DNA of 62,866 bases, counting the filler, from Basidiobolus meristosporus CBS 931.73 (Eukaryota > Fungi > Basidiobolomycota), in the NCBI GenBank assembly GCA_002104905.1. It is 4 parts of 4 records of this genome, joined end to end, with 100 filler letters (N's around TTAATTAATTAA, not from the genome) between each part and the next. Parts side by side here need not be neighbours in the genome. Positions count along the whole stretch, not along the records: positions 21,877 to 36,099 come from MCFE01001185.1; positions 36,200 to 51,914 come from MCFE01001140.1; 2 more parts are not named here. The stretch is one strand, 5' to 3'. Every line of letters begins with the position of its first letter. Position 1 is the first letter of the stretch. Positions 35,893 to 46,356 of the stretch are shown piece by piece. The notes under the pieces were generated by a model. The model was not told the DNA's origin and made no database searches. It saw only the letters and a list, made by a program, of their open reading frames with translations. Position numbers and translations under genes: made by a program.

Positions 35893-35893
35893 C

Positions 35894-36099
35894 TTAGGGT
35901 TAGGGTTAGGGTTAGGGTTAGGGTTAGGGTTAGGGTTAGGGTTAGGGTTAGGGTTAGGGTTAGGGTTAGGGTTAGGGTTAGGGTTAGGGTTAGGGTTAGG
36001 GTTAGGGTTAGGGTTAGGGTTAGGGTTAGGGTTAGGGTTAGGGTTAGGGTTAGGGTTAGGGTTAGGGTTAGGGTTAGGGTTAGGGTTAGGGTTAGGGTT
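35894..36099 (+). repeat. Telomeric array (TTAGGG)34 + TT at the end of contig B
   Basis: Perfect TTAGGG repeats with the G-strand pointing to the contig end, followed by the linker. Confidence 0.97.
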
Positions 36100-36199
36100 N
36101 NNNNNNNNNNNNNNNNNNNNNNNNNNNNNNNNNNNNNNNNNNNTTAATTAATTAANNNNNNNNNNNNNNNNNNNNNNNNNNNNNNNNNNNNNNNNNNNN
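36100..36199. other. Artificial contig linker
   Basis: N44-TTAATTAATTAA-N44. Confidence 0.97.
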
Positions 36200-36900
36200 T
36201 TGAGCTACACTCCAGTGAGGTAGATGAGTTTACAGAGAAAGGCAATTTTTCTACCACAGCCTCCATGTCCTTCATTGTTGACAGAGTGGAGATCCCACCA
36301 ACAGAAAAGCAACAATGTCAAAACTCAAAAGGTTATCACAATGCTTTCTGTGGAATTTTGGAACATTAATAGGCACACCAAGAGGTTGCTGCACTACTTT
36401 AAGAGCAGTGCTCAAGAAAATGCACATGAATATTGCATGGATTTATTGCAAAGACTGGCTGATGAGGTGCTAGACCTTGCAATGACAGCTGAAGGCCAGG
36501 ATATGTGGGAACCAGTGAATGAACAGTGGTATAAAGCCATAGGGTTCCTGCCAATGTCATGGAAACAGAGTACTACAGCAGAAATACTTATTGAGAAGTG
36601 AATTTTGATGGAGTAACTTGTTGAGTGTGGGGTTGGGCTTAATGTTAGTGTAGGGTATAGGGACTTGTATAGGTCAATACAATTGGCAGTTGAGGTACAA
36701 CTGAAGTTTCAATGGAAATAAATCAATTTGTATGCATGAAAAGTAAGAGATATGGTTGAATCAGGAAGTAAGAAGTGTGAAAAGAGGCAATAGCCAATCT
36801 ATGTACACTAGTGTAGGAGGTGATTGAGTGTCTGGGATCAGAAAGCAAGAAAATTGGCAGATAACCAATCAAAAGCTACTTTTGCATTGTTGTGATGAGG
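36200..36900. repeat. Unclassified dispersed repeat, paralogous to ~52770-53480
   Basis: Clear nucleotide similarity, and ORFs 36224-36601 and 52948-53283 share SAQE.A.E.C.DLLQRL.DE.LDL...EQW.KAI.FLP.SW. Both are stop-interrupted. Confidence 0.75.
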
Positions 36901-36939
36901 AATTTTGACTAAGTTTTTTGTGAAATATGGGGGAGATTC

Positions 36940-37265
36940 TGTAAGTACTAGGGAGAACAAGTGGATCATGTGTTTTTCACTTGATGATTTATTGAATGTA
37001 AAAGTAGTATTTATACTTTTACATGGTCTTGGTATAGATGATGCATAAGATATGTTGAGGAAGATCCCAAGAGCATATGTGAAAAACTTGGGGCTGCTTG
37101 GACAACTTATCTAATTCTCATGTTTCAGGTACCAGGCATTTTGGTGAAAGTATTCTAAGTAAATCCCAACACAGAATTTGGTCAGGATTCTCTGCAATTT
37201 GTAGGCAAAGATCTAAGTGACTAAGCTAGGGGAATATTTAGGTGGAATTACAAGCTTTTACAAGA
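36940..37265 (-). repeat. Degenerate copia-family LTR
   Basis: Matches the 350-bp LTR (gggagaacaagt...aaaagtagtatttatactttt...ggaattacaa). Ends approximate. Confidence 0.65.
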
Positions 37266-37800
37266 GATTGGACAGTGGGATATATGAATGGCCCCAGTGG
37301 AGGTTGAAAAAGGAAATACCATTTGGTAAATTGATATGTAGGCATTATACAGAACTAGCTGTAGGTCACCATACTGCCATTATAATGCCAACAGAGGTCT
37401 GGAAGGAGGCTGTTAAAGCACTGTCAAGTTTTTTGCTATATAAGGCAATTGGATGTATTGGCTGAATAGGTCTGCTCAAATAAATATAGAATGCAATAAG
37501 ACCAGCAAGATTCTATGCAATTCCTGTCAAAAGACCATTTAAAACTGTCAAGTTTTTATATTTATTTGACAGTAAAACCAGCAAAATGCTGTCACAATCC
37601 TGCTATTAGGTTGTGTATAGCATCAATAATTCCAGGCTGCCAGCATTATGACAGCCTCATTGTGGGATCCTGGTGGCTGATCCTGATCCAATCCACCCAC
37701 AGGACCAAATTATTTTTCATAGGGCATCAGCTAGAGACAAACCTGAATATCTTGAATCACATTTAGGACCAATTAATATGAATATTTAGTTGAGTGGGAG

Positions 37801-38093
37801 TGTTGTAAGTTCAGTAACCACACCTAAATACTCCCCAAACTTAGTCACTTAGACCATTGTCTGCAAACATTAGAGAATTCTGGCCAGATTCCTTTCCATA
37901 TTCTCACCATATCATCAGGAACCCAGAGCATGAGATTTCTCAAAGTTGCCCAAATAGCCCCAAACTTTGCACACATGTGCTTGAGACCTTTCTGGACATA
38001 TTCTACATATATATGTAGTAAATCATGAAGTGAAAACCACATAATCTACCTTTTCTCCCAATCACTTCCAATATCCCCAAAACTCCTACAACA
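37801..38093 (+). repeat. Copia-family 3' LTR in plus orientation
   Basis: TGTTG...CAACA termini, preceded by the PPT TGAGTGGGAG; reverse complement of the family LTR. Confidence 0.75.
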
Positions 38094-39309
38094 GCATTCA
38101 GCTAATATTATGATGGTACTCTGCAGGCCTTTTGGGGTTTTTTTTCACCATTTCCAAAGAATCGCACTTACCTATGTATAGGAGTGTATTGGGATAAGGG
38201 CAGGTAAGGAAAGATTTGGTGGTACAACCCAATTCACTGCCAAATCAGTCCAATGGGTATACATTTCTCCATGGTCACAACCCAAGGATGTGTTTGCCAA
38301 GGTTTGAAATCAGCCTTGGCTGTGAGGCATATTTCTAGATGCAATGCAAAAAGAGAACTGAGATTTAGATGTGATTAGGGTCGATAGATAATGCAACCTC
38401 ACAAAGACAACTACCCCTTCGGCTGTTGGTGTGAAGGCCATACTCAGTATGGAACCGCTGAGTATGTGGAAGAGAAATGGCAACATAACAGGGAGCCAAT
38501 AGGTATCTGGGGGATCTAGCAGGGAATCGAATGGATCTTTTGCCGTGCAAGCATACGATCAAAAGCCCCTAGAACAAAGGAGCTCCCACATTCCCATGAA
38601 TCCAGTTAGGAGCACTCATTTCTGCAGGCACGTCGGGAATTTGTCACACACCAAAACCAACACATATGAGTACACAAATGTGTACTGATATGGATATAGA
38701 TATGGGTTTGGCCGAGGAGGTGGAGAGTAGGTCTACCACCAAGGTCAACGAGAAAAACGCGACCAAGGTGATGAAGTGAAGTCCAGCTCATCATCTCAAC
38801 GAATTGGCTTGCTGGGTCTGCGCTCTCCTGGTGGATGTAAGATACAATCGTTGTTACCAGGTGGGCGTCGCGTATCTATTCGATGATTTGTTGAGCGGGC
38901 GGAGGAATCACGCTATGGGACGGCTAATAGAAGTCACCAGGTGAGTAAGTCCATAAATTGTTTTCGGGGTGAATCCCTGGTCTGTTACCGAAACAAGAGC
39001 CCATTCGTACTCTCAGGGCGATGACAAAGGGAGAATATTCCAGGTCCATCACGTCATGAAACCCGGCTCTAACCCAATTTATCCCGATCTCTCGAATCCC
39101 CATGGATTCTTACCCGCGTCCGTTTCACTCTTGAACAGCATCACCCCGTTATCTCACCCGACCTACGAGCGTATATAAGTTTCTAAGGGACCTCCGTGGG
39201 CAGGCATCTCCACTTTACCACTCACACGAATTGATTTCACAGCAGTCCTGCTGTAAGCGTTAGCAACCACGTTCGCCAACCTTCTTAGTTCAGTTCACAA
39301 TCCGCACAG

Positions 39310-39380
39310 GTATGCCTTCACCCCCTCCCACCGTACCTACCCGTGTCCCTACTAACCTTTCCCTCGCCAATTCCTTCCAG
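39310..39380 (+). other. Probable 5'-UTR intron of INO1
   Basis: GTATGC donor, TACTAAC branch point, pyrimidine tract and CAG acceptor. No upstream in-frame ATG before an in-frame TAG at 39261. Confidence 0.6.
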
Positions 39381-39487
39381 GGGCAGAAAAAGAGTTTCCG
39401 CGAAAGCCAAGAAATCTCCCTAGTGCGCGGCCAGACGAAGCTTACCTCACCTTTTTACCTGTACCTGTACCTGTACCTGACAACATC

Positions 39488-41056
39488 ATGCCACCTGCTA
39501 CCTCTACTTACACCCCCGCCTCGAACCCGACCGCCTTCCGAGTCAATTCACCCAACATTCAGTACACGGACTGCCACATTCTGGCCGATTACATGTACCG
39601 AAACACCCGAGTGACCAAGAACGAGCTGGGTGAGATGCTGGTGGAGCCTATCGAGACGAGATACCAGTTCAAGACCGACCATCGCGTCCCCAAGGTCGGG
39701 CTCATGCTGGTTGGCTGGGGCGGAAATAACGGCTCCACCGTGACGGCCAGCATCCTCGCCAACCGACGTAACATTCAGTGGCGTACCAAAGAAGGGATGA
39801 AGTCCCCGAACTACTTCGGCTCCGTGGTACTTTCCTCCACCCTGAAGATAGGGATCGACGAGACCGGGAAGGATGTGTTCATTCCGTTCCATGACATCCT
39901 CCCCATGGCCCACCCTAATCACTTTGTGATCGGCGGCTGGGACATCAATTCGGCCAATCTCGCCGAAGCGATGGAGAGGTCCCAGGTGCTCGACGTGGAC
40001 CTCCAAAGACAGCTGTACGATGAGCTAGCCCAGTTGAAGCCATTGCCATCCGTCTATTTCCCGTCGTTCATTGCGGCCAACCAAGAGGATCGAGCGGACA
40101 ACGTGCTCCAGGGGACCATGAAAGAACAACTGGACGAGCTAAGAAAGAACATCCGCGAGTTCAAATCGGCCCATGGCCTTGATAAGGTCGTCGTTCTCTG
40201 GACCGCCAACACCGAACGCTTCGCCGAGGTCCTGGCCGGGGTGAACGACACGGCGGAGAATCTTCAGAGGGCCGTTGAGGAGGGCCACTCCGAGATCTCC
40301 CCTTCCACCCTTTTCGCCATGGCGTCCGTTTTGGAGGGCTCCCCCTTCATCAACGGCAGTCCACAAAACACCCTGGTCCCGGGGGTCGTCGAGCTTGCCG
40401 AGAGACACCGGGTCTTCATTGGCGGGGATGACTTCAAAACCGGCCAGACAAAGGTCAAGTCCGTTCTGGTCGACTTCTTGGTCAACGCCGGAATCAAACC
40501 GGTGGCGATCACCAGCTACAACCACCTCGGCAACAACGATGGGAAAAACCTCAGCGCGCCGGAGCAGTTTCGGTCCAAGGAGATTTCCAAGAGCAACGTG
40601 GTGGACGATATGGTGGCCGCCAACCACGTCCTCTACAAGAAGGGCGAGCACCCCGACCATGTGGTCGTCATCAAGTACGTACCTTCGGTGTCGGACTCCA
40701 AGCGTGCGTTGGACGAGTACGTGAGCGAGATTTTCATGAATGGCCGTAATACCATTGCGCTGTACAACACTTGCGAGGACTCGCTTCTGGCTGCCCCATT
40801 GATCATCGACCTGGCGATCATCACCGAACTGATGACCCGCATCGAGTACAAGACGGGGGAGATGGAGGAGTATGCCCCCTTCCATTCGGTACTCTCCATC
40901 CTCTCCTACATGCTGAAAGCCCCGGTTGTCCCCAAAGACACCCCCGTGGTCAATGCTCTTAGCAAGCAACGTATGGCGATGGAGAATGTGTTCCGTGCCT
41001 GTGTGGGCCTTCCCCCCCAGAACGAGATGTTGCTGGAGCACAAAGCCATTCAATAA
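39488..41056 (+). CDS. INO1: myo-inositol-1-phosphate synthase, 522 aa, no coding introns
   Basis: Signature motifs [45 protein letters not shown] and [14 protein letters not shown]. Confidence 0.98.
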   Translation: MPPATSTYTPASNPTAFRVNSPNIQYTDCHILADYMYRNTRVTKNELGEMLVEPIETRYQFKTDHRVPKVGLMLVGWGGNNGSTVTASILANRRNIQWRTKEGMKSPNYFGSVVLSSTLKIGIDETGKDVFIPFHDILPMAHPNHFVIGGWDINSANLAEAMERSQVLDVDLQRQLYDELAQLKPLPSVYFPSFIAANQEDRADNVLQGTMKEQLDELRKNIREFKSAHGLDKVVVLWTANTERFAEVLAGVNDTAENLQRAVEEGHSEISPSTLFAMASVLEGSPFINGSPQNTLVPGVVELAERHRVFIGGDDFKTGQTKVKSVLVDFLVNAGIKPVAITSYNHLGNNDGKNLSAPEQFRSKEISKSNVVDDMVAANHVLYKKGEHPDHVVVIKYVPSVSDSKRALDEYVSEIFMNGRNTIALYNTCEDSLLAAPLIIDLAIITELMTRIEYKTGEMEEYAPFHSVLSILSYMLKAPVVPKDTPVVNALSKQRMAMENVFRACVGLPPQNEMLLEHKAIQ

Positions 41057-42027
41057 TACGTGGATGTTGGTCGTATGGAATATCGTGTCGCTTAACCTAT
41101 GAAGTACTATGCACTGCATCGGTCGACTTCGGACCCACGACGCAGATTGCGGTCGGATTGGATGCAGTATTATTATTGTTAGCCCTGAAATAAACCAAGT
41201 TCTAAATGGAGCCATGTTCCACGCTTCGATATTGTTGGTTGACCTGAGTCGAACCATCGTCTGCACGGAGTGATTGGCGGAGAGCGTTAGTTCAGGAGAA
41301 TCGTGGCGAATTTATCTTGATTTCCGGCCGCTGCAATATATCTGGGCCACATGATAAGCCTGGATGGCGTCATGCGCAACACATTGATACGAAGCTCGTT
41401 TCATACAGAATCCGCGATGCTAGATAGTGCATTCCCGGGATATATCCATCAATGGCGATAGCGCACCTCGCAGAAGGGCAGCACAGCGCTGATAGCGCAG
41501 AAGCAATCAACCTCACTGGGATTTCGAATCGGGGATCCGTGTAACCTTGGCGTGATAACCATGCCTGCCGCAACCACCGACGCCTCAATGGGATTACCAA
41601 ATCCGTAGAGATGAACTTGATCCAAGCGAGGATGTTGATGCAAAGGCGGGCCGCATGCGATATCCTATTGGCGTTGGCCCATCTCGAAGGGGCAATAGTT
41701 CATTACTCGCCACCTCCCCGTACCCCTGAAACGAGGCTATGCTCCACCCCCCCCCCACATTTAGACCGAGTTGAGCTACCCTTTGAGATCCGCCTCGAGC
41801 TGATCGAAGCCAGGCAGTCATCCCAGAGATTTGTGACCACGTGAGAATAAGGTTATTCTTTAATGACTGCTTTTGAATTTATCACGTCATAATGACTGCC
41901 ATCCACTTGTCGGCCACGCTCAGGACCAACGGGGACGCCAAACCATTCATTGAGCACTCACAACCCACCGCATATCGTTTATCAATTGGATGTTTATTTG
42001 AACCGGCCCCATCTATGAATCATCAAC

Positions 42028-42843
42028 TTACACCCACAAAGGTCCTCCGAAGAGCAGCAACCGGAGATATTCCCGTATCGACTTGCGTCGGATGCTGTTG
42101 TAAACATGCTTGAAGCGCTCGAATCCTGGGCCCAGCAGATTAAGGTCGTAGCTAAAGATATTGGGGATCTTCGTATTCAGGAACTCCATGATGGCCGGGG
42201 TGAACTCCGGCGCGTAGTATCTGAGCAGCAGTCCGCGCACCGTCAGGTTTTGATAGCCTGGGATCAGTCTGCCCAGAACGATCCTCACCACCAGGTTGCG
42301 GATGACCCGGAACCCGACTCTGAACCCAAGTTTGAACCCAGACTTTCCTAACCCTCCAAGTCTGGAGTTCCATAGGGACTTCAACAACCCCCCGAAGAGG
42401 ACACCATCTTTGTCTTCCTCCAGCCCGATCTCCAGCAGCTTCGAGTCGAGGTAGTCGCTTTCCTCTTGGTAGCGATCAGTCTCGGATAGACCACGCTTCA
42501 ACAGGCGACTCACGTGCTCCTCGACATCTTGCGGTTCAATTTCCTCCAGACTTCGCTTCTTTAACTTACTGAGATGCACCACATGGTTCTTGGAATCAAT
42601 CAGCTTCCCCACCGGTAGCTTCATGAATACCGGGACCATCCGCTTGGCTATGCGCGAGATAATCCTCTGCCTCTGGTCGTCCAGCTTACCGAACTCCGAC
42701 TCAAAGTCCGCCCAGTCCGCTTGGCTCAACTCCCGTTTGACGACCGCTTCAGAAGTGGGGTCCTCTCCAGCAGGAGCACCCAATATCCCCTGACATAAAA
42801 GCAAAATCGACACAAGAAAGGTGCACAGGAAGATCTTCAACAT
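42028..42843 (-). CDS. Small secreted protein with signal peptide and four KR (Kex2-type) sites, 271 aa
   Basis: ATG start, hydrophobic MLKIFLCTFLVSILLLCQGILG-APA, KR sites at VVKR, IAKR, LKKR and LLKR, and a cationic-hydrophobic C-terminal half. Family unknown. Confidence 0.75.
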   Translation of the reverse strand: MLKIFLCTFLVSILLLCQGILGAPAGEDPTSEAVVKRELSQADWADFESEFGKLDDQRQRIISRIAKRMVPVFMKLPVGKLIDSKNHVVHLSKLKKRSLEEIEPQDVEEHVSRLLKRGLSETDRYQEESDYLDSKLLEIGLEEDKDGVLFGGLLKSLWNSRLGGLGKSGFKLGFRVGFRVIRNLVVRIVLGRLIPGYQNLTVRGLLLRYYAPEFTPAIMEFLNTKIPNIFSYDLNLLGPGFERFKHVYNSIRRKSIREYLRLLLFGGPLWV

Positions 42844-43376
42844 TTCAGGGACGAAGTGAGCTGTTGGGAAATGACGAAGGGAAATCCGGTCCGAGAAATC
42901 CTTTTTCTACTCGTGGGGATCTCCGGTTGCCGCCAATCTCCCCTCCCCACTCCACATGTCTAACATTCGCCGTTTCAAAGTCACCCTTGTTTCGTATGGC
43001 ATCCGCGGCCGTTCCATCTTGACACCCCCCCCCCCAAATGAACGCTGATTTGTAGCAACCTGTCGTTTGGTAAGAGAGATCAAACCGGCTCTGATCGGGC
43101 CCACCCAATACGTCCGCGTAGACGAGGCCGAAGGCTGCAGTCATTGGTTCTTGTCACACGGCCGAAGCCAAGCTTTAATAAATAGGAGATTTTCTTGGTT
43201 GGTGGGTAAAGTCAGGCTTGATAGTATACAGGAGTTCTCGTGGTCTGGTAAACCATGAAAATAATACATAGTATAGAAAATCCACCAAGAATGTGATAAA
43301 GGGGGAATATTAGAAGCCAAAATGGGGGAATTCTACTAGCAAAAATGATCTATATTCTTGTACACTCGACTCGGGC

Positions 43377-45068
43377 TCAAGCGTCGGTAACGAGTCGGCA
43401 GGAAGCCCCGTTTTCTTGGCGCTTCTTACCCTCCAAGTACTCCATGGCCTCGGCGTAGGTTCTGGGTAGAATACGGGGTACCTCGCTTGATGGTTCCCCA
43501 GTAAAGGTGAAGTGGAACACGTTGGTGGTGCGCTTGCTGGATTTCTCGTGGTCCAGAACGTCAGCGACGACGGAGACTTGGAAATCCTTCTCGCTGCCAC
43601 CAGGAGAATATACTACCTTGGAGGTGAGGTTCAAGATGGAGCCCACCGCCACCGGGCTTTTGAACGAAATATCATCCAAAGCCAAGAAGCGGGGTCTGCC
43701 CTGGGTGAAGAGACAGGCGTTGGAATAGCCCAGCTCAAAGGCCAAGCGCATGAGATAGCCACCGAAAATGGAGTTCTGGATATTTCGGTCTTGGGGCTGG
43801 CAGAAAACATAGGATTGGATGAGGGTGTCGTTCATCCAGACAATGTTTTTAGGCTTGATGCCTTGCTGGGCATATCTCAATCCCTCCAGGTGGAGATCGT
43901 GGATGACCAAACGCTCTTGGGCATTGGGTGGTCTCTTGAGAAGCGACTCGGCTGCGGAGCTACGTTTGCGGGACTTCAATTCTAAACGATCGTAAGTGGG
44001 TGTCCTCCTATCAACTCTCCTCTGCATGATTCTTACCTTCGCCTGCTTGGAAGAGCTTCTTTTCCGTATCATTTGTAACAGTCAAGGGGTTGACCTGTGC
44101 TGACTTCAGCGTTTTCTTGTCTTTGGAAACCATGGTAAACCGCGCAACAAGGATGGTGTCGCTGCTCTCCTTGGGGCTATTGGGTACGGTCTCGATCTTC
44201 ATCAGAACTTGAGGGAGAACAGCGTCAATGTCCATGGACTTGAACTCAGCGAAACTGAACTAGAAACCAACCTTCCATGGAGCTGTAGCCAACGTAAATC
44301 ACTTTGCCCGACAGCTTGAAGTCATGCCGGGTGTCAAATCTCTTCAAGATGTCAATTCTATCCACTGCAGCGGTCATGATGATCAGTGATTGCCAACCCC
44401 CACACCCATCATCATTGTGCTTGTATGCAACGGAGGCAGCCAGTCTATCCAAATCTAAAATCACAAACGATCAGACGAGGGAAAACGGCGGATTTATGCA
44501 GTAACTCAACGGGCATACCTTCAAGGACTTTGCCGATTCTGGTGGAGCAATAGAAATGAAAGAAGAGTTCAGTACCTGAGGGGCATATGCAGCGAAGAAA
44601 GAGAGGGGCCAACGAACCTAACACCGCCGTATGTGTTGATATACTGCTCTGCAAGTTGCGGATTCGATTTGAAAGGTAGAAATACCTCAACAACAGAGTC
44701 CTCCATGTGTTTCATGGTGACTTTGCGTGGGGCGTAATCGAAGCTCGCATCCCGGTTAGCACCCTTCAAGATATTGAGCCAAGGTTCGGTGGAGGTGACG
44801 GAAAAGTTCCAGATAGAATCAGGACTGGTGCTAGGGGATTGCTTCTCTCGATCTAGACTCCCGGTGGATCAGTATGAGATTCAGAAGAACACAAGTGGGG
44901 TGACGTACCGTTGGTGCTACTCTCCATTTTTTCGGCAGGAATGGCTTGGAATGAGGGGGTGCATGTTCTCAACGAACGAAGACCGCCCAGTCGCGGGGCG
45001 ATCTTGGAAGAGATGCGAGAAAGGCCTGATCTGTAAACTAGTGGGAAAGCCTTGCGAGGAAGAATCAT
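43377..45068 (-). CDS. Double-HotDog acyl-CoA thioesterase (ACOT9-like), probably mitochondrial, 6 exons
   Basis: Hand splicing through five GT-AG introns (first at 44853-44908) gives YINTYGGVRIGKVLEDLDRLAA...TAAVDRID...GKVIYVGYSSME and QPQDRNIQNSIFGGYLMRLAFELG...FHFTF. The N-terminus is an Arg/Ser-rich presequence. Confidence 0.85.
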
Positions 45069-46356
45069 TTTCGAGCTACAGACAGGGGGATCGAATTGTG
45101 CTCACAATATCTATGGGAAGCGAGCCACACACTCAAACGTGCTCAATATAAATGAAATGCTTATCATCAACGAGACGGCAAACCTTCCAATTTAGCAGTG
45201 ACTGGGGTTGATTGATTGATCAATCGAGCAGGTAATGATCGAATGGGGATCATCTCGTGATCATCCCAGATCATATCAATTGATCCTCCATTGGAAAAGA
45301 ATAAAAAATGTCACCCGGAAGATCATTCGTTCGTAGTCAGTCAACCTTCGAAATTTCGAATTCGCTCGCTGCTGGAATTTTTTTCTTATTTTATCTGCAG
45401 ATTTTCAGGACAACCTTGATAGCTGTACCACCGCTCTTGCACAGATAAAACCAACTATTTTTCCCTGACATGATCTGATAGCGAGGCGCTCGATTCATTG
45501 GTGTATCTGTATGCGATAGAGCTGGATATAGCCAGGAATGTAGCTTCCTGGCGAACGGCCTTCTTGAAAAAGCTTCCACGAACGAAGCAGGCCAGATGGT
45601 GTCTGATAGCACCGATCAAACCTAAGCTAGGTGACGCGCACCTCCATTCATTTGTGTTACAGCGTGGCATGAGCGGCGAGATGAGAAGGGTGAGAAAGAT
45701 TCCGTGACAATTCCACATTTTCCACTGGTGGCAGAATCTCCGAAGATGCGATGGAAACCTGTTCGACACAAGATCGAGCAGTGCCGATGAGTGAGATCAA
45801 GGTGTTAGTTCAACAGAGCGGTGTGTGACGATTACAGTATCATCGAAGGTTTCGGCTGAGTAAGCGTCGCATGGGCACTTGTCATGACCGCCACTGAAAC
45901 CGCCGCTGATAATCACAGATGATTAGAGTCCATAGATGATTGATCAACCCAGTGCACCAAATTGACTGATTTGGTATGGTTTGTCCATGGACGAAAGTTC
46001 TGCAATTCTTCCCCACTCTCAGATATCTGGGGCACCTTAGGCTAAGCTCATCAGAGTATATTGGTATGGTGCATGCCAATACCAGGAATCCACGGAGGTA
46101 TTCCGGGATGCTTTCGCAATGGCGTATCCATTCCTGAATCTCGATGAGGCAACTAGAGATGATGCTCGCCGGATCTCTACCTGGATAATACCCGAGTGAT
46201 GTAACAGGCTGGTTGTTTGAAAGCCGCACTCTATCCAATTTATTCTTGGTGGTGCTCCCAATGAGATGAAAAATTTGTACAAGTGAATGATGTTTGTCAA
46301 TGTGCCACACGACAATGAAATGAGAGATCAGCCCAGTCACAACTGCGCTGTGTTGC

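Larger units (their letters stand above)
31267..35893 (-). mobile_element. APE-type non-LTR retrotransposon copy T1 (ORF1 remnant plus ORF2), 5'-truncated by the telomere
   Basis: ORF2 31356-34121, ~85-bp 3' UTR with AATAAA, hairpin and C-rich end, no poly(A). A solo LTR is inserted at 34178-35420, and an upstream frame runs open into the TTAGGG array. Confidence 0.9.

Noticed and set aside
35666-36151. 161-aa ORF with an LG repeat
   Set aside because: It is the translation of TTAGGG repeats plus Ns, antisense to the retroelement.
35894-36199. Interstitial telomere or chromosome fusion in mid-window
   Set aside because: The array ends at an artificial linker; contig C is not demonstrably adjacent.
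39312-39614. 100-aa ORF upstream of and overlapping INO1
   Set aside because: Its ATG lies within the predicted intron donor (GTATG), and it overlaps INO1 out of frame.
40139-41266. 375-aa antisense ORF (also 39548-40006) over INO1
   Set aside because: Shadow frames expected from GC-rich codon usage; no recognisable motifs.
41370-41844. Cluster of short overlapping ORFs between INO1 and the secreted protein
   Set aside because: No motifs, conflicting frames and no convincing splice model.
42028-42843. Homology to Candida Ece1 (similar length, KR-separated peptides)
   Set aside because: No sequence similarity is visible; only an architectural analogy is claimed.
45455-46340. ORFs between the thioesterase promoter and the CCH1 3' end
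   Set aside because: No recognisable domain; probably UTR or promoter sequence.
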